A stretch of 64,000 bases of DNA. Origin: Nitrospirota bacterium. GTDB taxonomy: Bacteria > Nitrospirota > UBA9217. The notes beneath the pieces were generated by a model. That model was not told where the DNA came from. It saw only the letters and a list, made by a program, of their open reading frames with translations, and did no database searches. Position 1 is the stretch's first letter, and each line of letters opens with the position of its first letter. The stretch is taken from NCBI GenBank assembly GCA_963663225.1, contig OY760142.1:2656001-2720000 (forward strand), written 5' to 3'. Both the position numbers and the translations under genes were made by a program. This document shows, one piece after another, positions 10,369-19,474 of the stretch.

Positions 10369-11013
10369 ATGAAAAACGGATTGATTCAAGCTACCTCCGC
10401 ATATGAGAGAAAGGTCCATTGGACGCTGGCCATTTCCTGTCTGGTCCTGTGTGTTTCCGGCATGGCGATGATGTTTCAGTCATTGAACTTCATTGCAAGT
10501 GCTATGGGCGGCATGGTCGCCACCAAGTATATTCATAATTTCACGGGTATCGTTTTTACGGTGGCCCTTGTTATGTCAATTAAAATGTGGTGGCACGAGG
10601 CAGGTTCTTTCTCCATGCCAGAGGATTTTGAATGGATGAAGGTTGCCGGAGGCTATTTATGGGACGCGAAAGTTCCTGAAGTAGGCAAGTACAACCCCGG
10701 ACAGAAGATGTTTTTTCTGGTTGTGGCCTTGTTCGGCGCAGTCATAGTCATAACAGGATTCATCATGTGGTTTCCGCTGATGTTTCCGACCTGGCTGGTG
10801 CGATGGATGTTTGTCCTCCATGTCTTGGGATTCACGGTTATCTTTCCTTTCTTCTTTGTGCACCTCTATCTGGGAACCATAGGCTCACCCGGTTCGCTGC
10901 AAGCAATGACGAGCGGCTGGGTTACGCGGCCGTGGGTCAAGAAGCATCATCCCAAGTGGCTCAAGGAAATGGAAGAAAAAGGCACTTTGATAGTCTCAGA
11001 CGGGAAAAAATAA
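10369..11013 (+). CDS. fdnI: Formate dehydrogenase cytochrome b gamma subunit 1
   Basis: Four TM helices, His ligands (VHW, IHN, LH, VHLY), GKYNPGQK. Confidence 0.92.
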   Translation: MKNGLIQATSAYERKVHWTLAISCLVLCVSGMAMMFQSLNFIASAMGGMVATKYIHNFTGIVFTVALVMSIKMWWHEAGSFSMPEDFEWMKVAGGYLWDAKVPEVGKYNPGQKMFFLVVALFGAVIVITGFIMWFPLMFPTWLVRWMFVLHVLGFTVIFPFFFVHLYLGTIGSPGSLQAMTSGWVTRPWVKKHHPKWLKEMEEKGTLIVSDGKK

Positions 11014-11046
11014 TATACTATCCTGAGTAACGATATGCTGTGGCAA

Positions 11047-11088
11047 GCAAAGAGCACCGTTCGTAATAGACGGTGCTCTTTGCATTTT
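11047..11088 (+). terminator. Rho-independent terminator after fdh-1
   Basis: GCAAAGAGCACCGT-loop-ACGGTGCTCTTTGC followed by ATTTT. Confidence 0.85.
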
Positions 11089-11343
11089 ACGATCAGTATT
11101 AGGCAACTGGGCTTTAAACGAGTCAGAACCAATCATTTTGAATGGAATTTTTTATTATGCGATAAACTTTGCTAAACTTGCCGACGGTTTACCGCATTTG
11201 TTCGAATTCAGCTATTTTCTTGCATATCACAGCCAAAAAATGAGATAATTAAAAAGTTTGCGCTATGGTTGTATCAGCAGAATGAATAGTGATTCCTGTC
11301 CAGGCGGCAGCATCCATCATATCGGAATCTGAAAGGGCTGCAT

Positions 11344-11703
11344 ATGGAGATTAGATTCAAAGTGTGGTATGAGAATGAAGGAAAGGTCATCTTCGGGGGT
11401 GGGCGCAGAGAACTGTTGAAAGCAATAGATAAATACAACAGTCTTCATGCCGCGTCAAAGCACATGAAGATGTCTTACCGCGCAGCATGGGGGAGGCTCA
11501 GGGCGTCCGAGGAGCGGTTGGGCATGAAACTCGTCGAGTCCCATCCGCCAAAACGAGAACTTCAGCTGACCGCAGAGGCACGATTGTTGCTTAACAAGTT
11601 TGACAGATTGGATCAGGAAATCCGCGATCTCCTCCAAAAGATCGGCCACGAAGTTTTGCCCGTAAAAAAATGTAAACCCTCTGAGGCTCCACCTTCAGAT
11701 TAG
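11344..11703 (+). CDS. ModE-family winged-helix regulator, DNA-binding domain only
   Basis: KVW..FGGGRRELLKAID..SLHAASKHMKMSYRAAWGRL..EERLG matches the ModE N-terminal domain; 119 aa, no TOBE/Mop repeats. Confidence 0.85.
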   Translation: MEIRFKVWYENEGKVIFGGGRRELLKAIDKYNSLHAASKHMKMSYRAAWGRLRASEERLGMKLVESHPPKRELQLTAEARLLLNKFDRLDQEIRDLLQKIGHEVLPVKKCKPSEAPPSD

Positions 11704-11795
11704 CAGTATGCATGGTTCTTCCTAGTCGCGTACGCCGTGCGTTGTCGCTTTTAATCGAGCACGGTCCTTTCCAAACGGTTCGTTTGAGGTTAAAA

Positions 11796-12608
11796 ATGAA
11801 GAATATAATGCAGAAAAAATTCTCTGTTAAACGATTCCACGCTGATGGCCAGGATGGTGGGTGGCGCGACGAGTTCGCAGAAGTGGCGGTTGAGGCCCCC
11901 CTGACGATTGATATTGAAGGTTTAAACTCTTACACAACACTGTGCAGCCCTGGAGACAAGCGCTCCATGGTTGTGGGTTTCCTGTTCACCGAAGGAATAA
12001 TACAACATGTTGACGATATTGCTGTACTCGCTGAATGCGCGGACAATCCGGATATAATTCGCGTCAGACTTAGTAAAACTGCGCAGGATAACGCGAGTAT
12101 CTCCCGCCGTAATATGATGATTGTCTCATCATGCGGACTTTGCGGCACGGTTGACATACACAAAAAAATAGCCGCTCTTCCCCCTGTTGACAATACGCTT
12201 CGCGTAGATACGAATATCATGAATCGTATGATGGACCTGCTCTACAGTAAACAGACGGTACACAAACAAACCGGAGGCACTCACGCGATTCTGATCTTTG
12301 ATGCGAAGGGCAATATGCTCTCCTTTGCTGAGGATATCGGCAGACACAATGCCTTGGACAAGGCAATTGGACAGGGCCTGCTCACTGGTTCTGCCATCAA
12401 GGGGAGTGGGGCTGTTTTTTCCGGGAGAGTCAGTTTCGACATGGTGGCAAAATGCAGCAGGGCCGGAATTGAGGTAGTGCTTGCGGTGTCAGCGCCGACT
12501 TCGCTTGCCCTGAATACAGCATCGGCTTGCGGCATTACGATTTGCGCTTTTGTCCGGAACGGCGGTGCAACGCTCTATACGCACCCTGAACGGATCAAAC
12601 ACGCCTGA
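11796..12608 (+). CDS. fdhD: Formate dehydrogenase sulfurtransferase FdhD
   Basis: VAVEAPL, GFLFTEGII, SSCGLCG, TGGTHA, EDIGRHNALDK, SAPTSLA; RBS GAGGT before ATG 11796. Confidence 0.93.
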   Translation: MKNIMQKKFSVKRFHADGQDGGWRDEFAEVAVEAPLTIDIEGLNSYTTLCSPGDKRSMVVGFLFTEGIIQHVDDIAVLAECADNPDIIRVRLSKTAQDNASISRRNMMIVSSCGLCGTVDIHKKIAALPPVDNTLRVDTNIMNRMMDLLYSKQTVHKQTGGTHAILIFDAKGNMLSFAEDIGRHNALDKAIGQGLLTGSAIKGSGAVFSGRVSFDMVAKCSRAGIEVVLAVSAPTSLALNTASACGITICAFVRNGGATLYTHPERIKHA

Positions 12609-12857
12609 TATCTTCTCCGTAGTCTTTCAATGCGATACTTTTCTCCTGCATTCTATCAATCATTCGAGTTTTCCCGCCATAGAGAGTAGTTATTTATTTT
12701 TCCTATAGTTCGTTTTTAATAATATTAATTATAACTATAATTTTTTTTATAATTTCATTTGCCGTCTTAAAATACTGTCGTCAGAGTATTTTTAGTATTT
12801 TTTCATTTTTTTAAAGATTTAATCTTAAAAGAGTCAACAAGTGTGTTTTTTTTAACA

Positions 12858-12873
12858 TGGTATATTTATTGCT
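12858..12873 (+). promoter_or_regulatory. Putative sigma-54 promoter upstream of fdh-2
   Basis: TGGTAT-ATTTA-TTGCT, identical to the site at 1263-1278. Confidence 0.6.
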
Positions 12874-12910
12874 TGTATAAAACATAAAATTCTTTTTATT
12901 TTACAATGCA

Positions 12911-12930
12911 TTATGTCATTATTGACATAT
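12911..12930. promoter_or_regulatory. Palindromic operator TTATGTC-N6-GACATAT
   Basis: Third copy of the motif; its last base overlaps a TTGACA hexamer (12930-12935). Confidence 0.75.
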
Positions 12931-13172
12931 TGACAAACATCAGTAAATTGAGTAATTATGCGTGGTTAGTATTGGATTTATTGTTTATTTCATCGCGCAA
13001 TACGCCAAAAATTACTTTCAATGAAATGGAAATCAAGTTTAAATAAAAAATTTTGCATAAAACAGTTTGTTGTGATTATCTTTTTTGACTAAATTTGAAA
13101 GGGGGCGTTCTGCGTAATAGCTGTTTTTCTATTTTGTAGAGCTACTTTTTTATATAAAGGAGATTATTGAAC

Positions 13173-16100
13173 ATGAGTGTATCAAGAAGAGACTTCTTGA
13201 AGCTGACAGGGGGTACTCTTGCTCTCAGCACGGTGGGTGTTACGCTTTCTCCCGAAGAAGCGGCTGCCCAAGAGCTGAGAATCAAGGAAGCAAAACAGAC
13301 AACCACGGTCTGTCCTTACTGTTCAGTCGGATGCAGCATTCTTGTCCATACCAAAGACGGCAAGGTCATCAACGTTGAAGGCGACCCGGACAGCCCTATT
13401 AACGAAGGGGCGCTCTGCCCGAAAGGCTCATCGTTGTTTCAGATGGCTAACAATGAGACCCGTTTGCGAAAGCCCCAGTATCGAGCGCCTGGCGCAACTG
13501 AATGGAAAGAAGTGGAATGGGACTGGGCCTTAAACCAGATAGCACGGAAAGTTAAAGATTCACGCGATAAATCGTTCCGTACGACCGCAAAAAATAAAAT
13601 CAAAGAAAAAAGACCGGACGGCACGGAAGTCATGGTTGAAAAAGACTTTGTCGTCAACCGGACTGAAGGCATTGCCCATATCGGCAGCGCGGCCCTTGAT
13701 AATGAAGAGCTGTATATAATTCAGAAACTTGTCCGCTCCTGGGGCCTCACTTACATAGAACATCAGGCCCGTATTTGACACTCCGCAACTGTAGCGGCTC
13801 TGGCAGAGTCGTTTGGACGCGGTGCAATGACGAATCACTGGGTTGACCTTCGTAACGCGGATGTTATCCTCGTTATGGGTTCGAACCCCGCAGCAAACCA
13901 TCCGGTCGCAATGAAATGGATCATGAAGGCCAGGGAACAACGCGGCGCAAAGCTTGTTGTCGTAGACCCCCGGTTTACACAGACCGCGGCCAAGGCCGAC
14001 TTCTACACATCGCTTCGCTCCGGGACGGATATTGCGTTCCTGGGCGGGATGATCAAGTATATCATCGATAACAATCTCTATTTCAGAGATTATGTCGTGA
14101 ATTATACGGACGCTTCCTTCCTCGTAAACCCCGACTTCAAACTTACGGCGGAACTTGACGGCGTATTTTCCGGTTATGACGAGAAGACCCGCAAGTACGA
14201 TAAGGCGACATGGAACTTCCAGATGGATGCGAATGGTCTTCCGAAGAAGGATCCTTCTCTTAAAAATCCGAACTGCGTGTTCCAACTCCTGAAAAAACAA
14301 TACGCACGATATACGATTGACAAGGTCGTGGCCATCACCGGCACGCCCAAAAACCAGCTTCTGGAAGTGTACAAAATCATGGGTTCCACCGGCAAGCCGA
14401 ACAGAGTGGCGACGGAGTGCTACGCCATGGGCTGGACCCAGCATACCGTGGGCGTCCAGAACATCCGCGCGATGGCCATTATCCAGATGCTGCTCGGCAA
14501 CATGGGTATGGCAGGCGGCGGCATCAACGCCATGCGGGGCGAGGCCAATGTCCAGGGCTCCACGGACTACGGGCTCCTCTTCCATATTCTTCCCGGCTAT
14601 AATGCGACGCCTACTGCTTCGCTCGTAGACCTTAAGGCGTATAATGACAAGAACACACCAAAGACCAAAGAACCAAAAAGTGTCAATTGGTGGGGCAACA
14701 GGCCGAAATATATCGCCAGCTACCTGAAGGCGATCTACGGCGAGAAGGCGACCAAAGAAAATGATTTTGGCTATGCTTGGTTGCCCAAGGTCGACGAAGG
14801 TGCTAATTACTCCTGGTTGAACCTGTTCGACCAGATGTTCAAGGGCAAGTTCGAAGGCTTCTTTGCATGGGGCCAGAACCCCGCCTGCTCAGGGGCAAAC
14901 TCCAACAAGACGAGAATGGCGCTTTCCAAGCTTAAATGGATGGTGAATGTCAATCTCTATGACAACGAGACCGGGTCTTTCTGGAGAGGACCGGGCATGA
15001 ACCCCAAGGAAATTCAAACCGAAGTCTTCATGCTTCCCTGCGCTTCCTCCATTGAGAAGGAGGGCAGCATCAGCAATTCCGGCCGTCTTGCACAGTGGAG
15101 ATACAAAGCCATCGAACCGATCGGAGAGTCCCTGCCTGATGCCGAGATTCTTAATGAGCTTTACTTCCGGGTCAAGGACCTTTATTTGAAGGAAGGCGGA
15201 AAATTCCCTGCACCGATCGTGAACCTGAGTTGGTCGTACGGCAAGCCCGGACATGACGGTAAGATCGGCCATATCGACGTGCGTAAGATCGCCCTTGAAA
15301 TAAACGGCTACTTCACGGCGGACGTATATGATAAGGCCGGCAAACTGGTCGGCAAGAAGGGAGAATTAGTCCCGAATTTTGTCAGCCTTCAGGACAACGG
15401 AACAACAGCATCCGGCAACTGGCTCTATTGTGGAAGCTTTACCCAGAAAGACGGCAAAATAACCAATAATTTGATGAGACGCGGCAAGACAGACCCCACA
15501 GGCCTTGGGCTCTATCCGGAATGGGCGTGGGCCTGGCCGCTGAACCGTCGCATCATTTACAACCGGGCATCCGTGGACCCCAAGGGAAATCCATGGGATC
15601 CCAAGCGCGCCGTACTCAAGTGGAATGCAACGAAGCTCAATCCCCAGACCGGAAAAGCTGGTGTGTGGGAAGGAGATATTCCCGATGGACCGGCCGCACC
15701 CTTGTTGTCCGAAGGGGGCAAGCTGCCGTTCATAATGAAGGCGGATGGCGTCGGCTCCATATTCGGAGCAGGACTTGCTGACGGGCCGTTCCCCGAACAC
15801 TATGAACCGCTCGAATGCCCGATCCAGGAAAATCCGATGTCCAAAAAACAGCGGATTAATCCGACAACCAAGATATTCTACAGCGGCAAGGAAGGCGACC
15901 TGCAGGAAGACGCTTTTGCCTCCTGTGATCTCAGGTATCCCATTATCTGCAGCACATACCGCAATACCGAGCACTGGCAGACCGGCCTCATGACGCGCCA
16001 TTGCTCATGGCTGCTCGAAGCCCAGCCGCAGATGTGGGTGGAGATGAGCCAGGAACTGGCCAAAGAAAAAGGCATCAAAAACGGTGAGAAAGTGAACGTC

Positions 16101-16340
16101 ACCTCAGCCCGCGGCACCCTTTGGGCCATTGCGATTGTGACCGACCGTTGGAAACCGTTCAAGGTTATGAACCAGACGGTGCACGAAGTAGGCATTCCGT
16201 GGCACTTCGGATGGCAGTTCCCAACAGACGGCAGCGGCGGCGACAGTGCCAATATTCTCACGCCGACAATCGGTGATCCTAACACCATGATTCCCGAATC
16301 AAAAGCATTCATGGTGAATATAGAAAAGGCAAGGGGGTGA
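13173..16340 (+). CDS. fdnG: Formate dehydrogenase-N-type alpha subunit 2, selenoprotein (TGA 13776-13778)
   Basis: Tat signal SRRDFL, CPYCSVGC; EHQARI-U-HSATVAALAESFGRGAM joins the two ORFs in frame; AMRGEANVQGSTD. Confidence 0.95.
13793..13813 (+). promoter_or_regulatory. Bacterial SECIS element (fdh-2)
   Basis: Stem AGCGGCTCT/AGAGTCGTT, loop GGC, 23 nt after the UGA; same stem as in fdh-1. Confidence 0.85.
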
Positions 16341-16344
16341 CACC

Positions 16345-17127
16345 ATGGCTAAGATGACGTTACTTGTCTCTCCAGAATTATGTATAGGCTGCCGCGCGTG
16401 CCAGATTGCCTGCAAATCATGGAATCAGCTTCCGGCGGAAAAGACAAAAAACAACGGGACGTATGAAAATCCTCCCGATCTGAGTGCGGTAAACTTCAAC
16501 AAGATCAAGTTTGCAGAAATCCCTTCAGAGAAGAATCCGGCGAGGTGGCTTTTTGTGAGCCAGCGCTGCATGCACTGCGAGGAAGCGGGCTGTATGAAGA
16601 TATGTCCGACTCCCGGCGCGCTGACCAGGTCCAAGACCGGTGCCGTGGTGACCAACAAGAACAAATGCGTGGGTTGCCACCTCTGTCTTGCCGGATGTCC
16701 TTTTAATGTTCCGCGCTATGGCAAAGACGGTAAACTGGCCAAATGTACGCAGTGTGCTGACCGGATGGAGCACGGGCTTATTCCGTCCTGCTCCAAGACC
16801 TGTCCCACCGGCGCAATTGCCTTCGGCGATCGCGATGCCATGATTGCCAAAGCCAGGAAAGCAGGTTACGAAAAGATATATGGAGAGACCGACCTCGGAG
16901 GTCTCGGAGCTCTTTTTGCATTTAAAGACGCCCCGAAGATTTATGGCTATGAAGACAAACCGGCCATCAATGAAATGGTCATATTCTGGCATAAATTCCT
17001 CAAACCGGCATCCTGGATTGGAATTGGCGGTGTGGCTGTCCTTTCCGCCCTTCATTATTTAACGGTAGGGCCGCATAAGGCAGAGGATCCTTATAAGGAC
17101 AAGGAGGAAAAAAATGAAACTAAATGA
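16345..17127 (+). CDS. fdnH: Formate dehydrogenase iron-sulfur beta subunit 2
   Basis: Four Fe-S Cys clusters and a C-terminal TM helix. Confidence 0.92.
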   Translation: MAKMTLLVSPELCIGCRACQIACKSWNQLPAEKTKNNGTYENPPDLSAVNFNKIKFAEIPSEKNPARWLFVSQRCMHCEEAGCMKICPTPGALTRSKTGAVVTNKNKCVGCHLCLAGCPFNVPRYGKDGKLAKCTQCADRMEHGLIPSCSKTCPTGAIAFGDRDAMIAKARKAGYEKIYGETDLGGLGALFAFKDAPKIYGYEDKPAINEMVIFWHKFLKPASWIGIGGVAVLSALHYLTVGPHKAEDPYKDKEEKNETK

Positions 17128-17740
17128 TAGGGACCTCATCAGGAAAGAACCTCCCTTTGTAATAATAAACCATTGGGTGCTGGCCATCAGCTGCATTCTA
17201 CTGACGATCAGCGGGTTTGCTTTTCTTTACCAAATAGAATGGGTGGCTGTGTTTTTTGGCGGCTTTAACGCCATGAAATACGTCCATAACTGGCTCGGTG
17301 TTATTTTCACGATCTCACTTATCGTGACCATGCCGACCTGGCTCAAGGAATGCACCACGTACGATAAAGATGATATTGCATGGATCAAGGTCGCGGGCGG
17401 TTATCTGAGCCACAAGGTTGCAATTCCTCCGATGCACAAGCTGAACACAGGACAGAAACTGGCCTATCTCGGCGTGCTTGGCATGGGTTTTGGCATTGCT
17501 GCCACGGGTTTTGTCATCTGGCTTTTCCCGACAAACCAGACGCTGATGATTTTGTCGCATTTTCTGCATAACGCGTGCTTTGTCGGTATTGCCGTGTTCA
17601 TCCCGGTCCATGTGTATCTTGGAGCCATTGCAAACCCTGGTACCATGCGCATCATGATTTCTGGCACAGTGCCGGTTTGGTGGGCCAGAAAAAAATCTCC
17701 GAAATGGATCCAGGAAGTTGAAGAAGGAAGGTCGCATTAA
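17114..17740 (+). CDS. fdnI: Formate dehydrogenase cytochrome b gamma subunit 2
   Basis: Four TM helices, NHW/VHN/LHN/VHVY, KLNTGQK. Confidence 0.92.
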   Translation: MKLNDRDLIRKEPPFVIINHWVLAISCILLTISGFAFLYQIEWVAVFFGGFNAMKYVHNWLGVIFTISLIVTMPTWLKECTTYDKDDIAWIKVAGGYLSHKVAIPPMHKLNTGQKLAYLGVLGMGFGIAATGFVIWLFPTNQTLMILSHFLHNACFVGIAVFIPVHVYLGAIANPGTMRIMISGTVPVWWARKKSPKWIQEVEEGRSH

Positions 17741-17792
17741 ACTTGCCCATATCGACTGTAGTCGATTAAAAAAATCGTAATGCATACACTGT

Positions 17793-17830
17793 AAGGAAGG
17801 CATCGAACTATTTGGTGCCTTCCTTTTTTT
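17793..17830 (+). terminator. Rho-independent terminator after fdh-2
   Basis: AAGGAAGGCATC...GGTGCCTTCCTT followed by a T-run. Confidence 0.85.
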
Positions 17831-18022
17831 GCAGTAGCGAGTAAATGACATATATTGTTTTAATTTCAGTTCTTATTTCGTTTTCCTCTCTGCGCACAGG
17901 CAAAGCAACTCACCAGCATTTTATTGTGATAAAACAACGTGCTTTATAAGAGTGAAACTACTTGACTAATACCGTGCTCCATGCTATCAATAAACGTCAA
18001 TCTAATGAATGAGGTATTAGCA

Positions 18023-19078
18023 ATGCGCATATTGAAATTATGTACCATTTTCTTCTTTCTTGTGTTTTCATTTCCCGCTCTCTCGGGTGCCCGTGCTGCA
18101 TCCGACACCCTGGCCCCTCTCGTAAAAAAGCTCATGCCCTCTGTTGTGAATATTTCGACAAAACAGGTTATTAAGGCAAGGCCTCAGTCTCAATTCGGCG
18201 ATCCCCAGATGGACCAGTTTTTTCACCGGTTTTTCGGAAACGGTCCCCGGCAGGACCAGGTGCGCCAGAGCCTTGGTTCAGGATTTCTCATCAGCGCTGA
18301 CGGCTATATTCTAACGAACAATCATGTCGTTGACAAAGCTACTGATATCAAAGTTTCCCTTGCAGACGGCAGAATCTTTGACGCTAAGCTGGTAGGAAAA
18401 TCACCGGACATTGATATCGCTTTGATAAAAATTGAAGCACACGGACTTCCAAGCGCCATGCTGGGCAATTCGGACGCAGCAGAAGTGGGAGACATGGTCA
18501 TTGCCATAGGCAACCCTTTCGGCCTGTCGCATACAGTCACCTCAGGCATCATTTCGGCAAAAGGACGCGTAATAGGAATTGGGCCATACGATAACCTCAT
18601 CCAGACCGATGCAGCCATTAACCCTGGAAACAGTGGGGGTCCGCTTTTCAACAGCAATGGAGAAGTATTGGGAATAAATACTGTTATTATCGCCAGCGGA
18701 CAAAATTTGGGTTTTGCTATCCCGATTACGATGGTGAAGGAAGTTTTGCCCTCTATCAAGGCAAAAGGGAGACCGGATATGGGCTGGCTCGGCGTTGAAG
18801 CACAGCCGGTCACTCCTGATCTTGCAGCAGCATTCGGTTTACCGGAACCCGTTGGGGCTGTCGTCACCCGCGTTACGAAAGGCGGCCCTGCAGAAAAGGC
18901 GGGTTTGAAACGAGGAGATGTAATTGTTGAACTTGATGGAAAAAAGATCCTTGTTCCAGCTGAGCTGCCGAGAATGGTTGCTTTTGGACATATTGGCAAA
19001 GCAGTAACGCTTAAAATAATCCGCCAGAACAAAGCCCAGGAGATCAGAGCCGTCATTGAGCTGAGGCCGGAGCAATAG
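18023..19078 (+). CDS. HtrA-family serine protease with one PDZ domain
   Basis: Signal peptide, TNNHV, DIAL, QTDAAINPGNSGGPL, single PDZ; RBS GAGGT. Confidence 0.9.
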   Translation: MRILKLCTIFFFLVFSFPALSGARAASDTLAPLVKKLMPSVVNISTKQVIKARPQSQFGDPQMDQFFHRFFGNGPRQDQVRQSLGSGFLISADGYILTNNHVVDKATDIKVSLADGRIFDAKLVGKSPDIDIALIKIEAHGLPSAMLGNSDAAEVGDMVIAIGNPFGLSHTVTSGIISAKGRVIGIGPYDNLIQTDAAINPGNSGGPLFNSNGEVLGINTVIIASGQNLGFAIPITMVKEVLPSIKAKGRPDMGWLGVEAQPVTPDLAAAFGLPEPVGAVVTRVTKGGPAEKAGLKRGDVIVELDGKKILVPAELPRMVAFGHIGKAVTLKIIRQNKAQEIRAVIELRPEQ

Positions 19079-19150
19079 CTGTCACTGGAACCCGGAACGA
19101 TTCCGTATGGCAAATATTTTGAATTCCAGCACTATATTTTGAGGTGAGTT

Positions 19151-19474
19151 ATGTTCGGTCTTGGATTACCGGAAATAATTGTAATTTTTGTGATTGCCCT
19201 GATCGTTTTCGGACCGAAGAAGTTGCCCGATCTCGGCAAATCCATCGGTCGTGCCATAGCAGATTTTAAAAAAGCATCTGAAGACTTCCAGGAAACCGTC
19301 CGATCTGAGATGAAAGAAGTAGAAAAAACTGCCGGCGTCGATGAGTTGAAGAAACTCAAAGAATTTGACATCACGGCTCACAGCCAACCGGAGCCGGAAA
19401 AGCCGCCGATTGAACAAGAGCCAACAGCTAAACCAAAGGAGAAGAAATCAGGGGAGGCCAAGAAGAATGTCTGA
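19151..19474 (+). CDS. Twin-arginine translocase TatA/TatB-family subunit
   Basis: MFGLGLPE..ALIVFGPKKLPDLGKSIGRAI. Confidence 0.9.
   Translation: MFGLGLPEIIVIFVIALIVFGPKKLPDLGKSIGRAIADFKKASEDFQETVRSEMKEVEKTAGVDELKKLKEFDITAHSQPEPEKPPIEQEPTAKPKEKKSGEAKKNV

Noticed and set aside
6505-16340. fdh alpha subunits as pseudogenes or two-gene pairs
   Set aside because: The TGA sits at the catalytic Sec position with an in-frame continuation and a SECIS hairpin.
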